A stretch of 64,000 nucleotides of DNA from Octopus vulgaris (lineage: Eukaryota), in assembly GCA_951406725.2 (NCBI GenBank), contig OX597818.1, positions 37,076,001 through 37,140,000 on the forward strand, given 5' to 3'. This document shows positions 1-12,169 of this stretch, piece after piece. The notes beneath the pieces were generated by a model, which saw only the letters and a program-made list of their open reading frames with translations, was not told the origin of the DNA and made no database searches. The position numbers and the translations under genes are program-made. Every line of letters begins with the position of its first letter. Position 1 is the first letter of the stretch.

Positions 1-532
1 AACTCTTCCTCCGTCTAACTCTTCCTCCTGTTTATTACTCCTTATTTCGAGCTTTCAACGATAAGATAGGAAAATTTCATAAGGCAGCAGCATCCAGAAA
101 TTTTTAATATATAAAATTTGTGGAGAGTTAAGGCTTCGAACGAGCAAACAGAGTGGACATACAGAGTAAATAATCAATGGAGGCAAACATTAAGGGCCGT
201 TAGGCGAAATATATATGAAACAGAATAGCACAAAGCCAGCCTTGATTAAAATACATGCATGTACAATAAATATATACCACATTCGTGTACAATCGTACAA
301 TCGAATGTGAGAATTTCTTTCGCTGCAAAAACAGTCTGAGAAGAAACTGCTCCTCTTAGACATGTGTGAAAAGTATACGGGGTTATAAATAGCATCATCT
401 GATCGTAGGAGGCAAGCGTTTCTGCATTTGTTACTGGACATGATATTGGACATGAAAGGGTTTCAATTAGTATGTGTTTGAGATGTAATGAAGTGAATTT
501 CGATGGTTGTGGATTGCACTTAACTTAATTGT

Positions 533-786
533 TAAGTTAAGTTAAGTTAATTTATTGGCTCAAAAAGCAAACAGCAAGGCCATGTCGGGGGACATTGAGT
601 TATGTACAGGGTTGTGTTCATGCAAAGAGTTCAGGCCATTTCTGGTCAAGAGAGACTTTGAACCGAGCGGTCGTCGGCATCTTCACTTGTCTCGTCCGGC
701 AGCTTATTCCACGGATCCGCAATCTGGACGGAGAAAGCCCCTCTCCTTCGATTGAGATGAAATCGTCGCAGATAAAGCTTTTCGGA
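533..786 (-). mobile_element. 5'-truncated CR1-clade LINE 3' end with (TTAAC)n tail
   Basis: Minus strand reads EKLYLRRFHLNRRRGAFSVQIADPWNKLPDE..KMPTTARFKVSLDQKWPELFA* with one frameshift, matching the CR1 ORF2 C-terminal pattern (RxxFSxRVxxxWNxLP...FKxxLD). A short 3' UTR, AATAAA and (TTAAC)n follow. Confidence 0.8.
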
Positions 787-1331
787 GTTTCAATTAGTAT
801 ATGTTGGAGATGTAATGAAATGAATTTCGATGATTGTGGATTGCACTTAACTTAATTGTATCGTCCGTTAAAGTGTTTTTGTTTGTTTGTTTTTTTAACT
901 ATAATTGATCTGTAATTGTATAGTTAACGCTCACGCTCATAATACATAGACATTTGAATTAATTTTTACAAACCAGCCGTCCTTTATCACGGAATTTCGT
1001 GACCCTGAAGTGACTTTATATATAATGGAACTGTGATTAAGTATATCAGAAAAAAAAAAAATAAAAATATATATATATATATCGAAGCAATTTGTTGGCC
1101 TTTTATGGCTTTTATAATTATTTATGTTATGTTATATATTATATTCATAGCATTTAATATACTATTGTAATATAGTTAAATTATTAGATTGTCAATAGTA
1201 TATCTCTATATTTAATTTATCTTTATAATTGAATTATACCAATATTTATATGGTATCCAACTGACGTACCAACGAATTGGATATTTAACACACCCCTTTC
1301 TTTTCCTCAGTTATATACATACTACATACAA

Positions 1332-1364
<33 letters not shown>

Positions 1365-1365
<1 letters not shown>

Positions 1366-1650
1366 AATCCAAACGGGAAACAAAAAAACAACAACAATGG
1401 AACAATTACAGTATTATTATTAATAGGCGCTCAGGAAATGGAAGCAGGGAGGTATGACGTTTCGAGCGGAGCTCTTCGTCGGAAACATAAAGAAGGAAGA
1501 GAGAGGAAAGAAAGATCCCGGAGCGGGCAACGGAGATAGAGAAAAAAACGGCTGGTGTTAGGAGTAGCACATGGTGAAAGGCGGATGTTTACGATAACAA
1601 GAGCAAAGTGGGTTTTTAAAGGCAAAAGAGTGGAGACAAGGTTGGTAACG
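1365..1650 (-). mobile_element. Penelope-like pLTR fragment with hammerhead ribozyme motif (1452-1486)
   Basis: Minus: GTTT CCGACGA A GAGC-TCC-GCTC GAAA CGTC ATAC. The downstream CCTGAGCG motif is shared with related copies at 12027, 20389, 21551 and 43710. Confidence 0.75.
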
Positions 1651-3566
1651 CAACAGATGTATGTGTATGTGTGAGTGTGTGCGTGTGCGTGTGTGTATGT
1701 GTGTGTGTGAGGCGAGGTAAAAAAACAAAAAATATATGTATGTGTTAGTGTGTGCGTCTGTGTGTAGGCGTGTGAGGTAGGGCGAGACGGTGGTCAGCAT
1801 AGCAGCAGCATAGCAGACAAAGGTCAGTAGTGAGAAAAGGGAGGAAGGAGGAAGGGAGGGAGGGGAAGGGGTGGGGGCGTATGTAGCGTGCCAGCGTGTG
1901 TTGAGTAGTAGTGTGTGTGTGTGTCCAGTGTCGTGGTAGTATTAGTGGCGAGTAGATTGAATGTGTGTAAGAGTGATGTATATGTTTAAGCAATGTGTGT
2001 ATATGTGTGCGCGTGTGTGTAACGAAAAAAAGGGGGGTTAGGAAAAGGACTCCAGCGGAGGGGAAGATGGAAGAGTGGTCCCGCGGAGACGGGCGTGGGA
2101 AAACCCAACGACAAGCGACATCCCAGGAACGGGCGGGAGGTCTCGTCGGGTCCAAGGGCGAGGTGCATGCGGCGCGCATGCGTGCGCGAACCGGCGCAAA
2201 CGCGTGTGTGCGCGAGCCTGCGAGTGTGCGCGTACGTATGTGTGCGTGTGGATGTGTGAGTGTGTCTGTGTGTATGTCTGGGTGGCAGTGTGTCCGATGA
2301 ATGTATGTGAGTATGTGTGTATATATGTGTGTGCATAGATGTATGTCCGTGTGTGTGTGTGTGTGTATGTGTGTATGAGTGTGTATGTATGTACGTGTGG
2401 GTGTGGGGAAGTGTGTGTATGTGCATGTGTGTGCGCGAACATACAGGTGTGTGAGTGAGTGCGTGTGTGTGTATGTATGTGTGAGTGTGTATGTATGTGT
2501 GTGTAGGATGCATGTATGTGTATGGGTGTATGTATGCGTGTGTGTATGTATGTATGTGTACGTGCGTGTGTGTGTGTGTATGCGTGTAGGTGTGCGCGTG
2601 TGCATGCGTGCATGTATGTGCGTATGTGTGTGTGTGTGTGCATGTGTGTGGGTATATATGTGTGTGCGTATATGTGTGTGTATGTGCGTACATGTGTGTG
2701 TGTGTGCATGTGTGTGTGTAGGTGTGTAGGCGTGTGTGTATAGGTGTATGTATGTAAGTATGTATGGGTTTGTCCGTGTATGTGTGTATGTATGTGTGTG
2801 TATGTAGCTGTGTGGGCGTGTGTATATGTGTGTGTATGTAGGTGTGTAGGCGTGTGTATATAGGTGTATGTATGTATGTCTGGGTGTGTCCGTGCATGTT
2901 TGTGTGTGTGTGTGTATGCATGTGTATGTAGGTGTGTGTGTACGTGTGTAATGTATGTGTGTATGCGTGTGTATGCGTGCGTGTGTGTATGTAGGTGCGT
3001 GTGTATGTGTGTGGGAGTGTAGGTGTGTGTGTGCGTGTGCGTGTTTATGTTGGTGTGTGCGTATGTGAGTGTGAGTGTATGAGTGTTTGAGTGTTTGTCA
3101 TGCATGTGTGTGCGCGTGCAGGTGAGTGTGTGTGTAAGTATGTGTGTGTGTATGTTTGTGTGAGTGTGTATGTGTGTATGTCTGTGTGTATGTATGTGCG
3201 TATAGGAGTATGTAGGTATGTGTGTGTGTATGTATATGGGTGTATGTATGTATGTGTGTGTGTGCATGTGTATAAGTATATGCGTGTGTGCGTATGTGTG
3301 TGTATGTGTATGTGTGTGTGTTTATGTATGTGTGTATGTATGTGTGTAGGCGTGAGTGTGTAGATGTATGTATGTATGGGTGTGTGTCAGTGTGTGTTTG
3401 TGTGTGTGTAGGTAGATGTGTGTGTCTGAGTGAGGGTATGGCTGTGTAGGTGTGTGTGTGTATGAATGTAAGTGTGTGTGTATACAAGTGTAATGTATGT
3501 ATGTGGGTGTGTGTGTGTGTGTATGTGTACGTGTGCGTGTGTATGTGTATATATATATATATATAT
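1650..3566. repeat. Long degenerate (TG/TATG)n microsatellite with a CpG-rich insert at about 2020-2235
   Basis: Direct inspection; source of the HT/VC-rich pseudo-ORFs. Confidence 0.95.
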
Positions 3567-3716
3567 GAGTGTTGACGATTGAGAAATAATTGTAACACTT
3601 ATAATAGAGTACAAACCAGTGATTTCACGGTTGTCATATACCATATCAATTGAGTTATTCGCAGTACACATGTATATATATGAGTGTATGCACAATATAC
3701 ATGCACACTCATACAC

Positions 3717-3769
<53 letters not shown>

Positions 3770-3796
3770 TTGCATATCTAGACATGCTCATATATA

Positions 3797-4356
3797 CAGT
3801 GGTTGGACAAAATAATGGAAACACCTTAAAATTTCATACAGATATATTTCAATATGGGGTAGGACAGCTTTGGCAGTAATTACACCTTGAATTCTACGAA
3901 GTATGGACTCCTACAAAGTTTGAATTGTTTCCAAAGGAATTTTTCTCCATTCTTCAGCTAAAACAGCCTCCAGTTCTTGTAGTGATGATGGTGGAGGATA
4001 TCGACTCCTTACTTGTTTTTCTAAAATGCACCATAAATTTTCAATAATATTGAGATATGGGGATTGTGGTGGCCAGATAAGATGTTCAACTTCATCAGAA
4101 TGTTCCGTGTGCCATTCAGTAACAACATTAGCCGTGTAAATTGGTGCATTATCATCCTGAAAGATTGCGTTTCCTTCTGGAAACAGTTCCGCAACCACAG
4201 GATGCATTTAATCAGATAAAATGCTTAAACAGTCTTGACTATTAATTCTGCCATGAAGGAAAAGCATTGAACCGGCGGATTTCCAAGATACAACCCCCTA
4301 GATCATTACAGATGTAACTGGGTCAAGGCTTTTTTTTTCATCACATGCATATTCTT
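3797..4356 (-). mobile_element. Tc1-family transposon 3' portion (decayed DDE transposase plus TIR)
   Basis: ORF 3911-4207 has FQDDNAPIYT...WPPQSPYLNIIENLW. The terminus is TA|CAGTGGTTGGACAAAATAATGGAAACACC at 3797. Upstream SVMI*GVVSW motif contains stops. Confidence 0.9.
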
Positions 4357-5322
4357 TGTATGTATGTATGTACGTACGTATGTATGTATGTATGTACGTA
4401 TGTATGTATGTATGTATGTATGTATGTATGTACGTATGTACGTATGTATGTATGTATGTATTTATGTATGTATGTATGTATGTATGTATGTTAGTGTGTA
4501 TGTATGTTAGTGTGTGTGGGAGTTCTTCGGTTGACAATTATATGGAGGAAAAAGTGATTTAGCCATATGAAATAAGAAAAAGACGTGTTAAATTTCATTC
4601 ATTTCTTAACGTGTTAAAACATTTGTCGCAATAGTTCAATTTTCTCACTGATACATCTCCACTGCAACAGTTTAAAACTTAGTTAATGGCAAATTTTATA
4701 ATGGTTTCAATATATATTTCTCTCTTTTCTTTCTTTCTTCCTTTTGAGCTCACAAACATATCTGCTCGTTGTATAACATACTATTTGACCTTGATTTTTT
4801 TCAACATCGGTCCTTGTTACTTTCAGCTTGTAATCCTTTGTTCTCTAAAAATTTCATATCTATACATGATTTTTTTTTTTTTTATCTTTTACTTTCACTT
4901 TATTTCACTTTCCTCTTTGCTTTTCTCTTTCGCTTTTTTTTTTCTCTTCCGCTTTTTATTTCCTTCACATTTCATAATTTTTTTTTTAATTTATGCTACA
5001 CTGTTTTTTATGTATACCTAAAAGTTATCTGAGTACATTCTTATTATGTCACTAGTCAACTGAAATTAAGTTCATGCTATATAAAGTGAATTTTATTTTA
5101 ATCAAATGAAGGTAAAAAAAAAAAAATGGTGGGAACAAATGCCAATAAAATAAACATGCCGATAAAATCACACGTATATGCATCCAGCTTTCTGAACATT
5201 TGTATTTACACAAACACGCATATATCTACACCCAGACTTATGTATACGCACATATATACATTGGGTGTGCTTATTCATATATTGCAATAATATACGTTCT
5301 AAAATATTTATGTATGTATAAA

Positions 5323-5360
<38 letters not shown>

Positions 5361-5389
5361 TGTGTGTGTGTTTATATGTGATGGGCTCT

Positions 5390-5610
5390 CCCGTCAAAGA
5401 CGACGTACGATATTTCAGCTTCTTTTGCCGAACGACCTGCACAAATGATTTGTTGCCTGAACAGGTGCATGGTGTACCACGCGTCCAAGTGATCACAGAA
5501 CAAGGTGCGATGCAGTGTTATGCTCAAGAACACAAAGCGCACTATCCAGTCTAGGAACTGAAAGCACGATCGCTAGTGCAACACCCTAACCACAAGGCCA
5601 TGCGACCTCA
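5390..5610 (-). mobile_element. tRNA-derived SINE, family C (degenerate)
   Basis: Reverse complement of the TGGCxTAGTGGTTAGGGTGTTGCAC...TTCTTGAGCA head seen at 6435 and 32564. Confidence 0.7.
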
Positions 5611-5739
5611 TATATATATATATATATATTTCTCTATTTTTCTCTATTTCTCTACGTATATATATATACCGGAAGAAGCATATAAATGTGAAACAAGGTG
5701 TAGAAAAGAGTACTCAAATACCAGAGGTAGAGTAATATG

Positions 5740-5880
5740 CTTTATTTAAAAGCAGCAGAAATATAACAAGTTTCACGTTCCCGTTCGTCGGACAATTTGT
5801 TAACAAAACTGTCCGACGAACGGGAACGGGAAACTTTGAGTAACAGCTTTTGTTATATTTCTGCTGATTTTAAATAAAGT
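5740..5880. mobile_element. Fold-back Penelope-like pLTR fragment with hammerhead motifs on both strands
   Basis: Inverted arms. Plus strand 5809-5846: CTGT CCGACGA ACG-GGAA-CGG GAAA CT-TTG-AG TA ACAG (stem I CTGT/ACAG, GUA site). The mirror copy at 5769-5794 is partial. Confidence 0.75.
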
Positions 5881-5939
5881 ATATATATATATATATATAT
5901 TTAAAAAAGGAGATGTGGAACACGAGTTGTGATATATAA

Positions 5940-6254
5940 AAAGGAAATGAAGAAAATGCTGACAAAATAATTTAAGTAAGGGAGAGTGTATTTAATTAGG
6001 TGACAGTTCTTTTTACCGGTTGCGCATTTGTTATGCTTATCAAAAGATATTTTTTAAGAGAGATAGAGTTCCTTTCTGATAGATTTTTTTCTCTTATCAG
6101 ATAAGAGAAAAAATCTATCAGAAAGGAACTCTATCTCTCTTAAAAAAATATCTTTTGATAAGCATAACAAATGCGCAACCGGTAAAAAGAACTTTCACCT
6201 AATTAAATACACTCTCCCTTACTTAAATTATTTTGTCAGCATTTTCTTCATTTC

Positions 6255-6258
<4 letters not shown>
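5940..6258. repeat. Near-perfect palindrome (about 160 bp arms, centre about 6099) carrying a variant hammerhead-like motif
   Basis: Arms are reverse complements around CTTATC-A-GATAAG. 6151-6190 reads TCTT TTGATAA GCAT-AACAA-ATGC GCAA CCGG TA AAAAGA. Confidence 0.85.
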
Positions 6259-6292
<34 letters not shown>

Positions 6293-6319
6293 AGAGAGAG
6301 GGGAAGAGAGGATCCACTC

Positions 6320-6401
<82 letters not shown>

Positions 6402-6434
6402 AATGATAGATGTGTGTGTGCGTGTGTGTGAAGA

Positions 6435-6730
6435 CAAATGGCTTAGTGGTTAGGGTGTTGCACTTACGATTACGAGATCGTTAGTTCAATTCCTAGATCG
6501 GGCGTTGCGTTGTGCTCTTGAGCAAAGCACTTCATTTCACGTTGCTCTGCGATCATTTCGTCATGTGACATGTGGCACACGGTGCACCTGTACAGGTAAT
6601 GACGATTTCATAGCTGGAGTGAGTTTATGTGAAAACATTTGATCACTATAAACACTATAAACAAATCGTCTGTGTGGTTGTTCAGCAAGAAATTATCAAA
6701 CCGTCATACGTCCTCTAACGACCTAACAGT
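6435..6730 (+). mobile_element. tRNA-derived SINE, family C
   Basis: A box TGGCTTAGTGG and B-box-like AGTTCAATTCC, followed by CTTGAGCAAAGCACTTCATTTCAC. Confidence 0.8.
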
Positions 6731-6733
6731 CCA

Positions 6734-6794
<61 letters not shown>

Positions 6795-6795
<1 letters not shown>

Positions 6796-7188
6796 TAGCA
6801 GTATCGCCCGGCGTTGCTCGGGTTTGTAAAGGAAATAACTATATAAGCATTTTTAGAGATGTAAAGTATAATAACCATCTCAATATAGCTAACAACAAAG
6901 GGGGGGGTTACTGTAGCTTTTTACGTTCTGAGATTTAATAATAAATTTTTAGAGAGTTACTTCCCTTATATATGCCAAAAATGCATTGAAAATGGGAAAA
7001 ATTGATGGTAATTTTTTTTTAAATCGTAGACTCATCGTAGACGCGCGCTTATACCCAGAAGGGCTCGATATGAATCACGACTATAAGATACCCGGTTTTG
7101 GTTAAACTGCACCGCAAAATGTGGGAGTAGTTAGGAATCTAAATCGTAGGAGACAGACAGCACACAACCTCACTTTTATATATAAAGA
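6795..7188 (-). mobile_element. Non-autonomous Helitron
   Basis: Minus strand starts TCTTTATATATAAAAG and ends with hairpin CCCGAGCAACGCCGGG plus CTAG. Inserted between A and T within (TA)n. Confidence 0.8.
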
Positions 7189-7204
7189 TATATATATATA
7201 TATA

Positions 7205-7520
7205 TATTTCGTTTTGGGATTTGGTTTGCAAGATTCTTTATGTGAGTTCGTGTTGAAGCATATTCTGTTGTGTCTGGGGTGAGTCATTTTCTTGTTGTGC
7301 CTTATAATTTAACCCACTCACTGGTAAAATTTCCACTTATTTCTTATGCTTATTTTCATAAAGTTTTCGTTGCGTCTTGCAAGAGTCAACACTATTGAAA
7401 AGGTTGCAAGACGCAACGAAAATTTTAGGAAAATAAAAATAAAAAATAAGCGGAAATTTTACCGGTGAGTGGGTTAAATTATAAGGCAGAAAAAGAAAAT
7501 GACTCTCCCCAGACACAACA

Positions 7521-7522
<2 letters not shown>
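7205..7522. mobile_element. Fold-back Penelope-like pLTR with U3-A8 variant hammerhead (7392-7428)
   Basis: Inverted arms. CTA TTGAAAA G GTTGC-AAGAC-GCAAC GAAA AT T T TAG. Same family as 12650-12850. Confidence 0.7.
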
Positions 7523-7582
<60 letters not shown>

Positions 7583-7804
7583 TCTCGCTGATCTCGATAT
7601 ATCAGGATCCACCGGTCGAGATGTTGGACTACCCACAGATAATTGTTTTCAAATGTAAAGGCATATGTAGGACCAGCTACGCTTATGGGAATTGCTGATA
7701 GTAGAGAGTTTGTGCTAATGTTTGATATATATACTCAATTAGAAATATACCTCGGGCTTTTCAATTAGAACCCTTTATCTCCTAGGTTAGTTGCCTTCGC
7801 CACA

Positions 7805-7837
7805 ACTTAGAAGGCTTTCATGCCGAAACGTCTAAGT
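7805..7837 (+). ncRNA. Hammerhead relic with deleted CUGAN core
   Basis: ACTTA GA A GGC-TTTCAT-GCC GAAA CGTC TAAGT: stem I (ACTTA/TAAGT), stem II and GUC site are intact, but 5 core nt are missing. Confidence 0.55.
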
Positions 7838-7876
7838 CATTGCCACCCTTCTTCTGAAAATGTTGTGTATATGTGA

Positions 7877-7918
<42 letters not shown>

Positions 7919-8059
7919 GTGTGTGTGTGTGTTTGAACCAGTATTTGCATACATGCATGTATAACTGTTCGTTTGCTTAAAATTATTTCCTGACATCGGA
8001 TACGCAACATAAAATGGACCGTTGTTTCGTTCTAGTGTTTTTTCTTTTCTTTTTCCTTT

Positions 8060-8340
8060 ATCTCTTTACAAAAGGCCTGACCTAACTCTCACCCTCGATA
8101 GGTCAATGGTGATGTTTAAACCAGCCTCAAGGAAACTACACATTAGACCACCAATGATTTGTGTGGATGGCACTAGAAAGCAAATCATTGAAACTTTACT
8201 CACTCAGGTCATGCATTCAGCAATTTCTATTCCCTTGATGATGAAATATCTAGATATACGTCTGATAGAAGCAACAGAAGCTTTCAAGTCATTGGAGCGT
8301 CGTGTCTGGCTCAGAACGCCATCATAAAGAGAATTACACA
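8060..8340 (+). mobile_element. RTE-clade LINE RT fragment
   Basis: SMVMFKPASRKLHIRPPMICVDG...FTHSG..FS...SLDDEI..RLIEATEAFKSLERRVW resembles the RTE pattern KTEVMxQP...FxYLGS...EIxxRIxKAxxAFxxLxxRVW; frameshifted. Confidence 0.75.
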
Positions 8341-8725
8341 TTAGGTGTAAAAAAAAAATTCGACAAGATCACTCTAGATCTGCAGCAATCTTCTAAAAAA
8401 AATTGTCGGTTGTTGGCGATATCATTCAAAGTACATTAGTTTAGCAACATGAAGGTAACAGTGAACCAGTGATGTTCATTCTAACCTTACGACTGACTAA
8501 TATCTTGCGTGGCTTGGTTTGTGCCTAGGTATGCCTATTTGTTCCCATGCAGTTACGTATGTAGGTATATATGTCTACGCATATGTATATATTTGTGTAT
8601 ACAAAAAATACTCTACTTGTGTGTATACACACGCACACTTCTAAACTATGTCCTATACACGTATGTGTGTGTGTGTGTGTGTGCAGTTAGGATATTACAC
8701 TCATGATTGCAAGACTATATATATA

Positions 8726-9032
8726 GGGACAAGAACGCAAAAACACCCGGACAACTAGGTGATACAAAAAAAGACAACAAAACATCATGATAGACGATAC
8801 ATAAAAAACAAGGACGGATCATTCGAAGCTTTCTATCCTCAGTCAAGAACCGGATCATCCAAAGAATCTAATGCTTAGTTTTTTCCTTGGGGGTGGCCAG
8901 ATTGGAGCAATCTCAAGATTAATCAGCCGAAATTACGAGGATGATCCAGTTCTTGACTGAGGATAGAAAGCTTCGAATGACCCGTCCTTGTTTTTTTGTA
9001 TCGACTATCTGGATGTTTTGCGTTCTTGTCCC
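8726..9032. repeat. Inverted repeat, probable Penelope-like fold-back
   Basis: 8726-8860 is the reverse complement of 8938-9032 (GGACGGATCATTCGAAGCTTTCTATCCTCAGTCAAGAA). Contains CTGAGGA...CGAA and is flanked by (TA)n. Confidence 0.65.
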
Positions 9033-9038
9033 ATTTTG

Positions 9039-9078
<40 letters not shown>

Positions 9079-9113
9079 AGCGACGTACGTACACTTTGTT
9101 CTCTCTCTCTCCC

Positions 9114-9159
<46 letters not shown>

Positions 9160-9274
9160 GTGCATATATATATAATGTATGTATGTATATATGTATATAT
9201 ACATATATATATGCATATATATATATATATATGTATATATGTATATATACATATATATATATGCATATATATAT

Positions 9275-9520
9275 CTCTTTTACTCTTTTACTTGTTTCAG
9301 TCATTTGACTGCGGCCATGCTGGAGCACCGCCTTTAATCGAGCAACTCGACCCCGGGACTTATTCTTTTGTAAGCCCAGTACTTATTCTATCGGTCTCTT
9401 TTGCCGAACCGCTAAGTAACGGGGACATAAACACCCCAGCATCGGTTGTCAAGCAATGCTAGGGGACAAGCACAGACACACAAACACACACACGCATATA
9501 TATATAAATATATATATATA

Positions 9521-9562
<42 letters not shown>

Positions 9563-9718
9563 TACGACGGGCTTCTTTCAGTTTCCGCCTACCAAATCCA
9601 CTCACAAGGTTTTGGTTGGCCCGAGGCTATAGTAGAAGACACTTGCCCAAGGTGCCTCGCAGTGGGACTGAACCCGGAACCATGTGGTTGGTAGACAAGC
9701 TACTTACCACACAGCCAC
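9275..9718 (-). mobile_element. tRNA-derived SINE, family A, with internal microsatellite
   Basis: Reverse complement of the full-length copy at 13190-13604. Confidence 0.9.
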
Positions 9719-10959
9719 ATACATACATATATATGAGTATATGAGTGAAAGTAGAAATACTTTGTTATGTATGTGTCAGTCTGGCTCTCTGTATATGTAT
9801 GACTATGTTGGATATTTCCTTGTAAAGCTGTATTAACCATATTCGAATTCAGCTGAACAACTCATCAGACTTGTGACATGTGATACTTTTATGATATATA
9901 TATTCTATCCATAGAAGGTGGGCGAGAGACTGAAGTAGAAGAGGGCCGTATTGAGTGATTTATATAACATCAAATACAGTTCATTTAGTTTCTAAATTCA
10001 GATTGTACTTATTTCAGTTTGGCCTCTCACCCCTCAGTGTTCACTACGACAAGTACCAGTCATGTACTATGATGATACAATTGGCTATACACCTCTCCTA
10101 CAAATGTGTGACCTCGTGCCAAACTGAGAAATCGATATTGTCTATCTATAGAGAATATTTAACATGAAAATAGTTTCCGTCATGATTTATAAAGATACTT
10201 TGGCACATAAATAATGGTTTGATTAAGAAGTTCATTTCGATACTATGACTCGACAGTACTTTGGTAGAGTGTGTTTTACTATAGCTTTGAGTCGACCAAA
10301 TCATTATTACTTAAAATCAAGTAAGAAGGGAAATGTGCACACGAGAAATCTCCAAACAAAATTTATGCATCGAACAAAACGCATGCTGTGATAGTTCTAG
10401 ATAGTTATGGAGTTATTTCCATTTATGGTAAAGTGAACTTTCGCTTCCATCCTTTATGGGGATGAAAGCCACGGTTTATAACATCAAATACAGTGAAATA
10501 GTAATATTGGAGGTACCCCAGTTTCAGCGGTGCATATTGAGGAAAAATAATTTTTCGTGTATTAAAGCGAATAATATTTGCTTATGGGAGAATCAACTTC
10601 GCATATAGGACATGAGCTGGGGTGGCGGGGGGGGGAACGTCAGTGTGTGATATTTGAGGAATATATTACTTCTTATTCTTCCAAGAGTATCAAACTGATA
10701 TCAGACTTGTATGTACGTACGTATGTATGAATGTATGTATGCATGCATCTATGTATGTATATATATATATACATATGTATATATATATATATATATATAC
10801 ATACATTCATACATACATACATACATACATACATACATACATACATACATACATACATAGAAAAACGTCGCCCTTTTCAAGCTTAGCCAGGCTCATGGGC
10901 CCGGTTTCACGGTTTCTGTGGCGTATGTGATTCAGAGTTAGTATTGGGGAAGAGATGCG

Positions 10960-11770
10960 CTATTTTATTTTTAAGTTTAATGTTGGGGATATAATAGATT
11001 TTTTTCGCGGAAGCCGCTTATTTGGAGGGCCTGATTATAATAATCGTGAGTGTTAAAAATGTCTTCGTTAGCAAATAAGTTAGAGATTCTGATAGCTATA
11101 CTTGTGTCTATGTTATTAAGGGTAAGTTTACGATGATTAGAGAGGACATTTATGTATTGTAAAGATTAGTTGGGTTTATGGAAAGGGTGGTATAGATTTG
11201 TGTTTAAGTCGAAAGTAATATCTAAGAAATTGGTCAACTTAGAGTCAATTTCGAATGAAATACTTAGGCTGTGGTTTTTAAAGAATTTGCATTGGGCTTT
11301 CTTGGTGCGTTTCACTGTCGATCGAGATAATCCAGTTACTGAAAGAAGTGCGTCATCCCTGTTTAATTTGGGAGAGAAGGAATTACTCCCACAATGTCGG
11401 TGACCTGGGCTGAGTCCAATGAGCCCATGGTTATATCGAAGTAATCCGTAAATGAGTTGCGAGTCCATTTATTATCCTTAAAGTGAATCAGCGTTTCCCT
11501 CGCAGCCAGGATGATATTGATATCTGATTGGGAGATGGGAACATATTTTCGGGGAAAGATTAACGCTTTATTTAAAAGAACTGGTGATATTTATGAATAA
11601 TAATTCGAGATGTCAAACTGAAGGAAATGGGTGTGTTGTTTATCATGAAGAGAGTGAAACCAAGTGATGACATCTCTAGAGCAATCCCAGTGTATGAGCT
11701 TAAAGTTAGTTCTAACAAGGGTAGAATATGGTCGATAATGTATTTACTAATTCGACCTAAGTCAGATTTT
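10960..11770 (-). mobile_element. Penelope-like element reverse transcriptase fragment (decayed)
   Basis: Across frames: KSDLGRISKYIIDHI, VITWF..FLQFDISNYY, FDITMGSLDSAQVTDIVG, RDDAL, NFLDITFDLNTNLYHPFHKPN, YINVLSNH, YNQALQISGF. These are PLE RT motifs in the correct order. Confidence 0.9.
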
Positions 11771-11804
11771 GATATACATAATATATACATATACATAGAG
11801 TATA

Positions 11805-11878
<74 letters not shown>

Positions 11879-11964
11879 TATATATATATATATCATAAAT
11901 ATATATATATATCATAAACATATATATATATATATATATATCATGAACATATATATATATATCA

Positions 11965-12150
11965 TAAACAACGACAGTGCTTCTCCTTGGACATTTTTTT
12001 CCTTCTCCGGACCTTACCTCTCTCCTCTTCCTGACGAAGAACCATGCTCGAAACGTTAAACACCCACTTTCTTTTTCCATCTTATACTGAGCGTCAACCT
12101 AATACATTCTGTGTGGACGTCCTTTTGACTTTCCTTGTGTTATTTTTAAT
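11965..12150 (+). mobile_element. Penelope-like pLTR fragment with hammerhead (12027-12061)
   Basis: TTC CTGACGA A GAAC-CAT-GCTC GAAA CGTT AAA, followed by the family motif CTGAGCG. Confidence 0.7.
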
Positions 12151-12169
12151 TTTTTATTTGACTATGTAT

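Noticed and set aside
1745-3824. Long His/Thr- and Val/Cys-rich ORFs (up to 409 aa)
   Set aside because: Translations of (TG/CA)n microsatellite, which lacks stop codons.
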